Positions 30,288 to 42,298 are shown, counted from the stretch's first letter. The stretch is 64,000 nt of DNA from Eubacteriales bacterium (GCA_045541355.1 JAZQIW010000046.1:3733-67732), one strand, 5' to 3'. A program made the numbers and translations. The notes: generated by a model not told the origin, from the letters alone.

Positions 30288-31209
30288 TGTTGTAAACGAA
30301 AAGGTAACAAAAACCGAGAATATGTCGGTTGATTGTGACACAGCAGCCGAAAACGGCTTTGAAAATATACAAAGTACAAAGAATGAGAAAACCTTTACCC
30401 AAAGCCAGCTTGAGGAGATTATATCCGAAAGGCTGTCAAGGGAAAGAAGGGTGAACGAGTCCCTTTCGGATGTGAAAAAGCTGCTTAAAGGCGCAGCTCA
30501 AAAGGGACTTCTCAAGGGAACGTCATATGCCGAAATGGCAAGAGAGCTTGTGAGCCAGCTTTCGGCGGAGACGGAAGGAGCTGTGGAAAAGAACACACGG
30601 GAGCATACCGAAGTGCCTGAAAAAACGGTGTCTGAAACAGAAGAGGAGCCCTTTTCTGAGGATGACAGGGTTGGTGAGCAGAATCAGGAAAATGTCGGTA
30701 TTCCCGAGGATGAAAACTTTGCGGCCGCAGACGCAAAGGAGCATGACGCACAGAGCGGTACGGTGTCGGACAGCACTTTAAGCAAAGAGAGTACGCAAAG
30801 AAAAGAAGAAGCCGATGTAATGAAAGGCTTTTTTGAAATACTCTCCGCAATCAGGGAAAAACACGGGAAAGAGGGCGTGGAAAAGCTTATGCAGGCGGAA
30901 CTCTTTGAAAGCTTTGCCAAGGGCAGAAGCGGCAGCATAGGCGATATTTTCTCGGATTTTTGCAGCTTTATGGATGCACTTGGCACCGGTAATGCTGCTG
31001 CAGATAAAACCGAGGCACAGGGGGACAGAATCGACAGCGATTTTTCATCCACAGCCTTTTCGGCACACTCTGCAAGCACGGTATCGGCGAAGGATTCGCT
31101 TACAAAACAGCAGATGGAAATAGCAAGGAGCGCGGGAATGTCCTACCGCGAATATGCAGAGCTTTTAGGCTCTATTCCATCGGGAAAAAGAGGGACAAAA
31201 AATAATTAA
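30277..31209 (+). CDS. scaffolding-like acidic protein (putative)
   Basis: Overlaps the portal-gene stop by 11 nt. Highly acidic and predicted helical. The stretch FTQSQLEEIISERLSRERR resembles phage scaffold (DUF4355-type) N-termini. Confidence 0.5.
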   Translation: MMNDVVNEKVTKTENMSVDCDTAAENGFENIQSTKNEKTFTQSQLEEIISERLSRERRVNESLSDVKKLLKGAAQKGLLKGTSYAEMARELVSQLSAETEGAVEKNTREHTEVPEKTVSETEEEPFSEDDRVGEQNQENVGIPEDENFAAADAKEHDAQSGTVSDSTLSKESTQRKEEADVMKGFFEILSAIREKHGKEGVEKLMQAELFESFAKGRSGSIGDIFSDFCSFMDALGTGNAAADKTEAQGDRIDSDFSSTAFSAHSASTVSAKDSLTKQQMEIARSAGMSYREYAELLGSIPSGKRGTKNN

Positions 31210-31224
31210 AAAAGGAGACAGAAT

Positions 31225-31866
31225 ATGAAGTTTTTATATGGACTCGGGGGCGCAAATGTTCCCGTGATCAAGGAGTTTGATATTGACCCCGCAACAAAAA
31301 TCAATGCAGGAAGTGCTGTTTCTATTACCTCCGAGGGAAAGGTGACAGAGACAATCAGCGGTGCTGTTCTCGGCGTTTGTGCCGAAAATCACCCGGGGAA
31401 AGAGGATATGCTCAATAAAAGAGCAAACGGTAACAGAGTAAGAGTTGATATCACAAGCGGCGGAGTATACAGCATAAAGTTTCCCGAATTTGAGGCTGTA
31501 TTTGGCGGTGTCGAAAACACTTTTTCAAGTGATAGTACAAATCTTTCCTCTATCGGAAAGGGTGCAAGATTTGTGCTTGTGAAAAAGGCGGCGGATTCCA
31601 CAAATACAGATAAGATAGGAACTGTAAGAGAGGCTATCTCCGCCGACTTTGGAAGCAACGGAAATTTCGAGTTTGTTTTCAACGACGGCGGCACACCGTC
31701 AAAGGGTGATGTATACGCGTATATTACCCCTGTCGGCTCTTCTGCAGTTGTCTGCGACGGATACAGACTCGACATTTCGGGTGTCGGCAGCGGTGCCAAG
31801 GTTGTCGGCTGCGATGAAAAGAACAGAATGGCACACATTGTATTTACAAACAAAGTGTTTGCATAA
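31225..31866 (+). CDS. 213-aa head-module protein of unknown function (decoration/auxiliary capsid protein?)
   Basis: AAGGAGA ribosome-binding site. Gly/Val-rich and beta-like in composition. Lies between the scaffold-like and capsid-sized genes. Confidence 0.4.
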   Translation: MKFLYGLGGANVPVIKEFDIDPATKINAGSAVSITSEGKVTETISGAVLGVCAENHPGKEDMLNKRANGNRVRVDITSGGVYSIKFPEFEAVFGGVENTFSSDSTNLSSIGKGARFVLVKKAADSTNTDKIGTVREAISADFGSNGNFEFVFNDGGTPSKGDVYAYITPVGSSAVVCDGYRLDISGVGSGAKVVGCDEKNRMAHIVFTNKVFA

Positions 31867-31884
31867 AAGAAAAAAGGAGACGAT

Positions 31885-32808
31885 TTGATGAACGATATTT
31901 ATACATGGCATAATGACCTCTATCCTCTTATTAAGAAGAGATTTGATTTAAGATACGCAAAGCGTCTTGATGTCATCAATCAGGTGTGCGACGTTGTGTG
32001 TCAGGATGATATTGATTACCGCATTGAAGGTATCGGCGGCTACGGCGAAATGCCCGTATATGACGGCACTGTTGTTGCCAACGCCGACAGCAAGCGTACC
32101 TTTATTACAACAATTACACCCAAGGAGCACGCTCTTAAGGTGACAAGCACCTATAAGAAGGCAAAGCTTGATTACTCGGGCGAATCAAAGAAAATCGGCA
32201 CACGCCTTGCGGATTCGGCATATATGACCGTGCTCAACGAATTCTACCGCCTTTTCGGCTCTGCATTTACAAATGAGGGTGCCGACGGCGAGCCTTGGGC
32301 AAGTAAGTCCCATCCCGTAAGCTGTGAGGGGGATAACGGCACATTTTCAAACCTTATCGAGGAGGAGCTTTCTGTTGCCGCAATCACAAAGGCTCAGACC
32401 ATGTCCTCCCGTTATATTACACCCGACGGTCTTCCCTTTGCCTGCAATATGGACCTTCTTCTTGTAAGCCCTGAGCTTGAGGCAAAGGCAAAGGAAATCT
32501 GCGGTCCCAATGCAAAGCTTATTCCCGAAAACAATCCTGATGAAACGGCAGGCTGCAATGCGGCAAATCCCGTTTACGGCATGAAGTATCTTGTTGTGGG
32601 CGGCGGTGAAGCAGGCTTTTGCGGCAAGCAGTGGGCGGTTGCGGATTCGCTCATGCTTTCCGAGGTATTAAAGCTTGTATATATTACAAAGCCTACCGTT
32701 CTTGTTTCTCCCCAGGACAACCCCCTTATAACCGACTATATCGGTTATGTGGACTTTGCTTTCGGTTTTGGTGATGCAAGACCCATTATTTTCTCAAATC
32801 CCGCATAA
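31885..32808 (+). CDS. major capsid protein (putative)
   Basis: 307 aa with an AAGGAGA ribosome-binding site, positioned after the scaffold-like gene and followed by a strong hairpin. The call rests on synteny and size. Confidence 0.55.
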   Translation: MMNDIYTWHNDLYPLIKKRFDLRYAKRLDVINQVCDVVCQDDIDYRIEGIGGYGEMPVYDGTVVANADSKRTFITTITPKEHALKVTSTYKKAKLDYSGESKKIGTRLADSAYMTVLNEFYRLFGSAFTNEGADGEPWASKSHPVSCEGDNGTFSNLIEEELSVAAITKAQTMSSRYITPDGLPFACNMDLLLVSPELEAKAKEICGPNAKLIPENNPDETAGCNAANPVYGMKYLVVGGGEAGFCGKQWAVADSLMLSEVLKLVYITKPTVLVSPQDNPLITDYIGYVDFAFGFGDARPIIFSNPA

Positions 32809-32830
32809 GCGAAGGGGTTAAAAAACGTTT

Positions 32831-32859
32831 GAAAGCCGTCCGCAAAGCGGGCGGCTTTC
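32831..32859 (+). other. stable 13-bp hairpin without U-tract between the capsid-sized gene and distal genes
   Basis: GAAAGCCGTCCGC-AAA-GCGGGCGGCTTTC with one G-U pair, followed by GTGAAAGGAG rather than a T-run. Confidence 0.6.
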
Positions 32860-32875
32860 GTGAAAGGAGATTTTA

Positions 32876-33802
32876 ATGTCAGCTAATAATACATACGCTT
32901 GCTTTAAAAGGCGGGTATATCAGGTGCTTGATGAATACTTTGATAATACGGATGAGGTGTTTGTAAGCGATTCGAGAAGAGACAGGCTGGATGCAAAAAT
33001 GGCAGACACGCTTGGGTGGGGGCTTTGCCGTATGTATGAGGGACTTCCCAAAAAAACGGGCAGCAAAAAGGTGGAGGTAAACCTACCGAGAAGGCTTGCG
33101 AGCAGGGAAGAAATGAATTACGGCGGAATATTTGAGTTTTCACCCGTAACCCGTCCTCTTGCGGTTATTTTTGAATATACGGGCTCAGGAAGCCTTTTGC
33201 TTTGCGACGAGGATTTGGTGCCGGTTTTCACCCTTGAGCTTGACGGAAGTGAAGGCAGGCTTGAAACAAAAAGGTTTTTCACCGATAATGTATCCTCTGC
33301 CATTTGCTACGCCTATGTGACGCAAAGTGTCTGTGCACGAAAGTTCACGATATATGACAAGGGAAATATGACAAACATATTTGAGATACCGAGAAAAGGA
33401 ATGTGCTCCTTTGCCGTCGGGGATGACTGCGGCAGAATAAAGGCAATGGAAATGCTTTCGGGAAAGCAGGTAAACCTTGGCAGTCTTGAGCTTTCCAATG
33501 ACTTTGGGTATCTTGATGCCGATAACCGTTATGACGGGGAGATTGTGGCTCTGACATATGAAAAGAAGGCTCCCGAAATTTCGGAAAATGTGCCCGATGA
33601 CTTTGAAATTCCTCTTTGCGGCACAGAATTTGATGCCCTTGTGAGCCTTTGTGCGGCAGAGCTTTGCAGGTCGGAGGACAGCAATCTGTACGAGAGGCTT
33701 TTGCAAAAGTACAAGGATTTGTACGAGGGACTGTGGTCTTTTGCAAACAAAACAATACAGCGAAACGGCTTTTATACGGCTGTAAACAGAAGGCGGTGGT
33801 AA
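32876..33802 (+). CDS. 308-aa protein of unknown function
   Basis: AAAGGAGA ribosome-binding site. Intact ORF with host-like codon usage. I recognise no motif. Confidence 0.5.
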   Translation: MSANNTYACFKRRVYQVLDEYFDNTDEVFVSDSRRDRLDAKMADTLGWGLCRMYEGLPKKTGSKKVEVNLPRRLASREEMNYGGIFEFSPVTRPLAVIFEYTGSGSLLLCDEDLVPVFTLELDGSEGRLETKRFFTDNVSSAICYAYVTQSVCARKFTIYDKGNMTNIFEIPRKGMCSFAVGDDCGRIKAMEMLSGKQVNLGSLELSNDFGYLDADNRYDGEIVALTYEKKAPEISENVPDDFEIPLCGTEFDALVSLCAAELCRSEDSNLYERLLQKYKDLYEGLWSFANKTIQRNGFYTAVNRRRW

Positions 33803-33803
33803 T

Positions 33804-35594
33804 ATGGGACATATTCCTTGTACTGTAATAAAACCAAAGACTACGGGCAACAGACGCTTTCGATTTGATGCACCCGTAAAGGGCTTAAGGCTGAGTGAAA
33901 AGGATACAAGCTTTGCCGAGGGCACCTGCCGAGAACTGTATAACATGGATATAGGCACAGGCAGTATTGAAAGCTCGGGGGAGAAGAAAAGGCTGTTTGA
34001 AGGCATCAATACCTCGGGCATTGCTCTTCACAGCATTACAAAGCAGGGGTATATGGGAAGTGTTTTTTTGCATCTCGGAAGCTGTCTTTACCGATATGAC
34101 ACAGCTTTGGATAAGCCCGTACTTGTTTCAGACAGCCTTCCCGATAAGCACAGCGTTATGTGCGTATTCATGTCCTCGCTCTATATATACTGCGACACGT
34201 ATGTTTACAGGGTTGATTCGGACTTTATGTTTTACGAGGAATACCCCGATGCACCCCTTCTTTTTACGAATGTTGACCCGGTTCTTGCGAGGGATTCCGA
34301 AAGACTTCCTGATGTTCCGCTAAACCTTCTTGCCCCGAGAATTAAGGTGAGATATAAGGCATCCGACGCTCTGCTTTATATACTCCCCCTATCTATGAAC
34401 GCCAAGAGAAAGCCGAAGGTTTTTGTCAACGGCATAGAGCTTGAGGAAGGCAGATTTACCTATCAGATTGACAGGGTTCAGCTTGCCCACGGCTCAGACA
34501 CAATGGCGGCAAAGTTTGTTGAAGTGGAATACTATGTTTTGGCACCCAATGTCATAGGCTATGAGCCGTATTTCTATAATTGCACGACAGCATCCTCGTA
34601 CGGAGGAGAGGGAATATCGGGGAACCGCCTTTTCTTTTCGGGTGACAGGCAGAAAAAGGGGGCGTGCTATAAAAGCGAACACAGAAATCCTTTGTATTTT
34701 GGCGAGAACGAACAGTTTGTAATCGGCGACGGATATGATAATGTTACGTATCTTGGCAGAATGTATTCCGACCTTATAGTTCTTTCTGAGCTTGGAACAT
34801 ATAAGATTACAAGCTTTATTGAGGATGAAATTGAGGTCTTTAAAACAAAGCAGATAAGCGGCGAAATTGGCTGCGATATGCCTGAAAGTGCCTGCCTTGC
34901 AGATAACAGAATAGTGTTTGCCAACTCAAAACGCGGAATTTTCATTGTGGATTTCAATGAGGACTATCAGGAGCACAACGTAAAGCCTGTTTCAAGGAAT
35001 ATTGAAAGAGGCAAGGGAATGGGACTTCTTGAAAACAGCAAGGAGGAGCTTATAAAGGCAGAGGGCATTGACCTTGACAGAAAGTATCTGCTTTTGTGCG
35101 GTGACAAGCTTTATATATGGGACTACGATAAGTGCAACTACTATGATACCGGCAATTTTAACGAATCCCAGACAAGGCTTGTATACAGCATCTATAAAGA
35201 CGTAGGATGCGACGGTATGTTTGCAATTGACAGCATGGCGGTAGTATACAAAAAGGATATCCTTGAGGCATATGTCTTTGATACTTCTTTAAGAGAAAAG
35301 CAAAGCGGCTTTGAAACGGGGGAATGTGATTTCGGCGAGCCGTCACTCAGAAAGCTTGTTAAAGATATGCATTTTGTGGTGCGTGCAGACGAGGGCGCGG
35401 TGCTTACCTTAAAGCTTTTTGCAGACGGGGTTTGTTATTATGAAAGAAGTATAGCCTTTACTCAAAGGAAAACCGTGAGAATAAAAGAGGTTATACCCAA
35501 GAATGAAATGTTCACCCTGTCCTTTGCAATTGATGCAGAAGGCGGAGGCTTTGAATTCTTTTCTGCAACGGCAGTTTACAGTATCATAGAATAA
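33804..35594 (+). CDS. 596-aa protein of unknown function (repetitive beta-rich sequence)
   Basis: The start lies 1 nt after the upstream stop, implying translational coupling. Recurrent aromatic/Gly-Asp segments (LYIYCDTYVYRVD, GDKLYIWDYD) suggest a beta-propeller or beta-sandwich fold. I recognise no motif. Confidence 0.5.
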   Translation: MGHIPCTVIKPKTTGNRRFRFDAPVKGLRLSEKDTSFAEGTCRELYNMDIGTGSIESSGEKKRLFEGINTSGIALHSITKQGYMGSVFLHLGSCLYRYDTALDKPVLVSDSLPDKHSVMCVFMSSLYIYCDTYVYRVDSDFMFYEEYPDAPLLFTNVDPVLARDSERLPDVPLNLLAPRIKVRYKASDALLYILPLSMNAKRKPKVFVNGIELEEGRFTYQIDRVQLAHGSDTMAAKFVEVEYYVLAPNVIGYEPYFYNCTTASSYGGEGISGNRLFFSGDRQKKGACYKSEHRNPLYFGENEQFVIGDGYDNVTYLGRMYSDLIVLSELGTYKITSFIEDEIEVFKTKQISGEIGCDMPESACLADNRIVFANSKRGIFIVDFNEDYQEHNVKPVSRNIERGKGMGLLENSKEELIKAEGIDLDRKYLLLCGDKLYIWDYDKCNYYDTGNFNESQTRLVYSIYKDVGCDGMFAIDSMAVVYKKDILEAYVFDTSLREKQSGFETGECDFGEPSLRKLVKDMHFVVRADEGAVLTLKLFADGVCYYERSIAFTQRKTVRIKEVIPKNEMFTLSFAIDAEGGGFEFFSATAVYSIIE

Positions 35595-35623
35595 AAAAAC
35601 CGCAGGCACAGCCTGCGGTTTTG
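35593..35623. terminator. bidirectional rho-independent terminator
   Basis: AAAAAAA-CCGCAGGC-ACA-GCCTGCGG-TTTT, lying between convergent genes. Confidence 0.85.
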
Positions 35624-35636
35624 TGTATGAAAAAGC

Positions 35637-36809
35637 TTAGATTTCAGGAATTACGATGTCGATTTCCTTGCCGATACTGTGGCTCTTTGCAATACCGTCG
35701 ATAATTGCCTGATTGTAGAGAATCTGGCTTGAAGGAACGGGTGCGCCGAGGGAAGGATTGTCAATGGCATCAAGGAAGCTGCGAAGCTTCTTGTCGAAGA
35801 GGCTCATGCCGCTGTAATCTTGGAGAATCGGCACCTTTGTTTCAACCTGAGCACCGGCTACGTTCTTGTAGATTGTCATTTCGCCGCCAACAGAGCCGTT
35901 CCAGCAGTCTGTGGAGGGGATTCTGAGACCGCCCTCTGTGCCGAGGATGATTGTATCGCCGGGGGTGTTGATGTTCATTGCCCATGCAATTCTGAAGTCG
36001 AGTATAATGCCGCCTTCAAGTCTTACGAATGCTGCCGCAAAGTCGTCTACACCGAAGATGTCTGCATATTCTGCAGGTCTGCCTTCTTCAGAGAAGGTCT
36101 TGGGGTTCTTTCCAAAGAAGTCGGACTTATAACCCGAAACCGTCAAAGGCTTAGGATAGCCGATTGCGTTGAGAACCATGTCAAGGCTGTAACAACCGAT
36201 ATCGCCGAGAGCACCGATGCCGCCCTTGTCCTTTTCGATAAAGGATGTGCCGAAGGGGGTGGGAATACCGCGTCTTCTTCCGCCGCCTGTCTGTATGTAG
36301 TAAACCTTGCCAAGCTCGCCTGATTCAACAATCTTCTTAATCATCTGCATATTGGGGTCAAGTCTTGGCTGGAAGCCGATGGTAAGAATCTTGCCGCTCT
36401 TCTTTTCCGCTTTCATAACCTCAATTGCTTCTTCAAGTGTAACTGTGAAGGGCTTTTCAAGCATTACGTTGATACCTGCCTCAAGTGCACGAATAGCACA
36501 GGGCGCGTGCTGGCAGTTGTAAGTACAGATGCTTACACCGTCAAGCTCCTTTTCGTTTGCGAGAAGCTCCTCGTCGCTGTTGTAGCAACGTGCTTCAACA
36601 CCAAATCTCTTGAAAAAAGCCTCTGCCTTGCCGGGTATAAGGTCTGCACCCGCAACAACTTCAACATCGGGCATATTCATATATGATTCCATATGTGCTT
36701 CTGCAATCCAGCCTGTACCGATGATGGCGATTTTGTACTTTCTGCCGGATGTTTTTACTTCCTTTGCACCTGTCTGGTTGGGGTCAAGGTTTGTATTTGA
36801 TATAGCCAT
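35637..36809 (-). CDS. Gfo/Idh/MocA-family NAD(P)-dependent oxidoreductase
   Basis: N-terminal Rossmann motif KIAIIGTGWIAEAH; 390 aa with a typical family C-terminal domain. Confidence 0.85.
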   Translation of the reverse strand: MAISNTNLDPNQTGAKEVKTSGRKYKIAIIGTGWIAEAHMESYMNMPDVEVVAGADLIPGKAEAFFKRFGVEARCYNSDEELLANEKELDGVSICTYNCQHAPCAIRALEAGINVMLEKPFTVTLEEAIEVMKAEKKSGKILTIGFQPRLDPNMQMIKKIVESGELGKVYYIQTGGGRRRGIPTPFGTSFIEKDKGGIGALGDIGCYSLDMVLNAIGYPKPLTVSGYKSDFFGKNPKTFSEEGRPAEYADIFGVDDFAAAFVRLEGGIILDFRIAWAMNINTPGDTIILGTEGGLRIPSTDCWNGSVGGEMTIYKNVAGAQVETKVPILQDYSGMSLFDKKLRSFLDAIDNPSLGAPVPSSQILYNQAIIDGIAKSHSIGKEIDIVIPEI

Positions 36810-36934
36810 TGTCTTTTCCTCCTGGACAATATAATTTGAAGAAATGTCTTCATGTTATGGTTTTATGGTAAACCACCATTGTGAACGTGATATTAACAAA
36901 ACAACGGTTGGAAGAATTTTGTCAACACGAATTG

Positions 36935-39142
36935 TTAAAACTCAAGGATGTTTTCGCCTGAATGTAGCTTTTTAGTGAAGCCTGCCGCTTCAAAGCTTGC
37001 CTTTATACCTTTAGGTACTGTTACCGTCACCTTGTGACGGCCGCCCGTTTTCTCGACGCAAACGCTGATTTTACCTTTTGGAACCGTAATATATCCGCTT
37101 ACGTTTCCTGCCGTCTCGTCAAGACACGGGTTTATTATAATGTCGTTGTAGCCATAGGAATTCTCTCTCTGACGTATGCCGAGGATGTATTTGAAGAAGG
37201 TGGAAACGCAGGCAGAGAACATGGGATGGTTATGGCTTGCTTTGCCCGTCATATATTCCCAGACGGTAGTTGCACCGCAGTCCATCATGTAGCCGAAGGA
37301 CGCCTTTTCCTTGTGGCTTGTAAGAAGCTTTAAGGCAAGGTCTGAGTGTCCGTTTTCAAAGAGTATGCGAATAAGAATGTCGGCTGCGAAAATTCCGCAG
37401 TCAAAGCCGCCGAGGTTATCGTATTTTTTAACGGTATTCTTGAGAGTAAGCTCTGTTCCTATGCCAAGGTCAATGGCAAAGGAGTTGCCCGCCGAAAAAT
37501 CGTTGTAAAAGCAGTTGTTCATGGGACTCATGTAGGCACTTCTCATTGCCTTCTTTGAAATATCGGCCTTTTCGCGGCACATTTTTGCATATTTCGGATG
37601 TCCGAGCTCCTCTGCTATAAGCACCATTCTCTCAAGGTTCTTGACATAAAAATATGTGTTTACATAGTTGGGGCAGAGAAGCTGATAGTTTTCTTCTTCA
37701 TACGGAAAGCCCCAGTCGCCGAGACACCAGCCCTGCTCCTCGTTTGTGATAAAGCCGCTTTCACATCTTGAATCCATGTATGCCATCCAGCGAGTCATGT
37801 TGTGGAAGTGTTTTTCAATAGCCCCTCTGTTTCCGTAGTATTTCCACAGCATAAAGGGAACCTCTATCACGGCACTTCCCCAGCCAAAGCCTCCTCCGCC
37901 GCCAGCAAAGGGTGCCGTGTGAGGTATATGACCGGTTTCCTTGTCCTGAGAGTCGGCAATATCGCAAAGCCATTTGAGATAAAACTGCTCGGCATCTACA
38001 AGATGCATTCCAAGCTCACAGCAAAGCTGACCGTCTCCGGTATATCCGAGCTTTTCCCTTGTGGGACAGTCGAAGGGCACACATCCGTGAACATTGTCAA
38101 GGAAGGTTCTTACGGCGGCATCGTAGAGCCAGTTCAGGGTTTCGTTGTCGCTGTGGAAATGGCTGTCAACCGCAAGGTCGGTGTGAACAACAACCGTTTC
38201 TATGGGGGTGGCGTTTGATGTTATGGAAAAATATCTGAAGCCGTGGTAGGTGAAATGCGGAACGAGAAGGCTTTCGCCGTCGCTTATGTATTCGTCGCAC
38301 TGTTTTTTTCTGTCAAGAGCAATGCTTGTTCCGTCAAGGTTTTGGTTTTCGTCAAGCTCCTCTGTATGAACAAGCTTTACGTATGCTCCCTTTTGTGTGC
38401 ATTTAACCCTTACATAGCCCGTAATGTTTTCACCGTTGTCGTAAACCTTGTAATCGCCGAAATCCTTGACGAGGGTAGGGCGTATGGTGCGTATAACCCT
38501 GTCGGGAGGACAGGTCTGGTAGAAATAGTTTGTTTCGGGCACTTGTACTTCTACCGCGTTATCAAGGCTTGAAATGTCGGTTTCGGGAAGCAGAAGAGAG
38601 GTGTCGAATATGTTCAAATCCTGCTTTTCGCCGTAGAACAGGTCGTTTTCAAGAATGTGGCTTGCTGTCCATTTCACGTTTCTGTCGCTTGAAAGCAAAT
38701 ATTCCTTTGTCGACTTTTGCATTTTTATTTCAAAGCAGAGCTTTTCGTCGCCGTAGGGACGGCAGCCCTCGTCGTGATTGCAGTCAATGCAGTACCAGCC
38801 CTTGCCGAGAAGTATGGCAAGACGGTTTTTACCCTGCCTCAGATAAGGCATAAGGTCGTACCTTAAAACATAGGTGCGCTTTGTGTCATCATTGTTGTAA
38901 ATAAGACCGTGGTGGCTGTAATTGTCGCGCTTGTGAAAATCGCTGGTTGCAGGAGTGAAGATATCCTCCGACACCTTGCTGCCGTTGATGTAAATTTCAA
39001 ACAGACCGTAGCCGACAACCGATATTTCACATTTTTTGACGCCTTTTGGAAGGTCGATATCTGTCAGCATATAAGGTGCTGTACAGGCAGGGTTTGAAGG
39101 AGAAATATATTTTGCGTTTTGAAAAACCTCTTTAAATACCAT
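36935..39142 (-). CDS. alpha-L-rhamnosidase (GH78 family)
   Basis: GYGLFEIYINGSKVSEDIFTP, AILLGKGWY and DCPTREKLGYTGDGQ match the conserved GH78 N-terminal and catalytic-domain motifs. Confidence 0.75.
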   Translation of the reverse strand: MVFKEVFQNAKYISPSNPACTAPYMLTDIDLPKGVKKCEISVVGYGLFEIYINGSKVSEDIFTPATSDFHKRDNYSHHGLIYNNDDTKRTYVLRYDLMPYLRQGKNRLAILLGKGWYCIDCNHDEGCRPYGDEKLCFEIKMQKSTKEYLLSSDRNVKWTASHILENDLFYGEKQDLNIFDTSLLLPETDISSLDNAVEVQVPETNYFYQTCPPDRVIRTIRPTLVKDFGDYKVYDNGENITGYVRVKCTQKGAYVKLVHTEELDENQNLDGTSIALDRKKQCDEYISDGESLLVPHFTYHGFRYFSITSNATPIETVVVHTDLAVDSHFHSDNETLNWLYDAAVRTFLDNVHGCVPFDCPTREKLGYTGDGQLCCELGMHLVDAEQFYLKWLCDIADSQDKETGHIPHTAPFAGGGGGFGWGSAVIEVPFMLWKYYGNRGAIEKHFHNMTRWMAYMDSRCESGFITNEEQGWCLGDWGFPYEEENYQLLCPNYVNTYFYVKNLERMVLIAEELGHPKYAKMCREKADISKKAMRSAYMSPMNNCFYNDFSAGNSFAIDLGIGTELTLKNTVKKYDNLGGFDCGIFAADILIRILFENGHSDLALKLLTSHKEKASFGYMMDCGATTVWEYMTGKASHNHPMFSACVSTFFKYILGIRQRENSYGYNDIIINPCLDETAGNVSGYITVPKGKISVCVEKTGGRHKVTVTVPKGIKASFEAAGFTKKLHSGENILEF

Positions 39143-39191
39143 ATTGATTTACCTCACGTTGCTGTATGTCAGTTTCTGAAAGACTTTAGTG

Positions 39192-42239
<3,048 letters not shown>

Positions 42240-42268
42240 TTAGCTTTTTTATATGTACTTATAAAAAT

Positions 42269-42297
42269 ATTATATCAACACCGTCTTTAAAAGTCAA
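42269..42297 (-). promoter_or_regulatory. sigma-A promoter on the minus strand (TTGACT-17-TATAAT)
   Basis: Reverse complement: TTGACT at 42297-42292 and TATAAT at 42274-42269, upstream of the GH2 gene. Confidence 0.6.
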
Positions 42298-42298
42298 C

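Larger units (their letters stand above)
26452..35623 (+). mobile_element. phage-derived head/DNA-packaging gene cluster without integrase, tail, lysis or replication modules
   Basis: Nine co-directional ORFs run from one promoter to one terminator. The terminase small and large subunits are recognisable. Portal, scaffold and capsid calls rest on size, order and composition. Host metabolic genes lie on both flanks. Confidence 0.7.

Noticed and set aside
33185-34021. 278-aa minus-strand ORF inside the phage-like cluster
   Set aside because: It spans the junction of two coupled plus-strand ORFs, has junk-like composition and no ribosome-binding site. The plus-strand ORFs have ribosome-binding sites and coupling. 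I considered it as a possible hidden antisense regulator or immunity gene but found no support.
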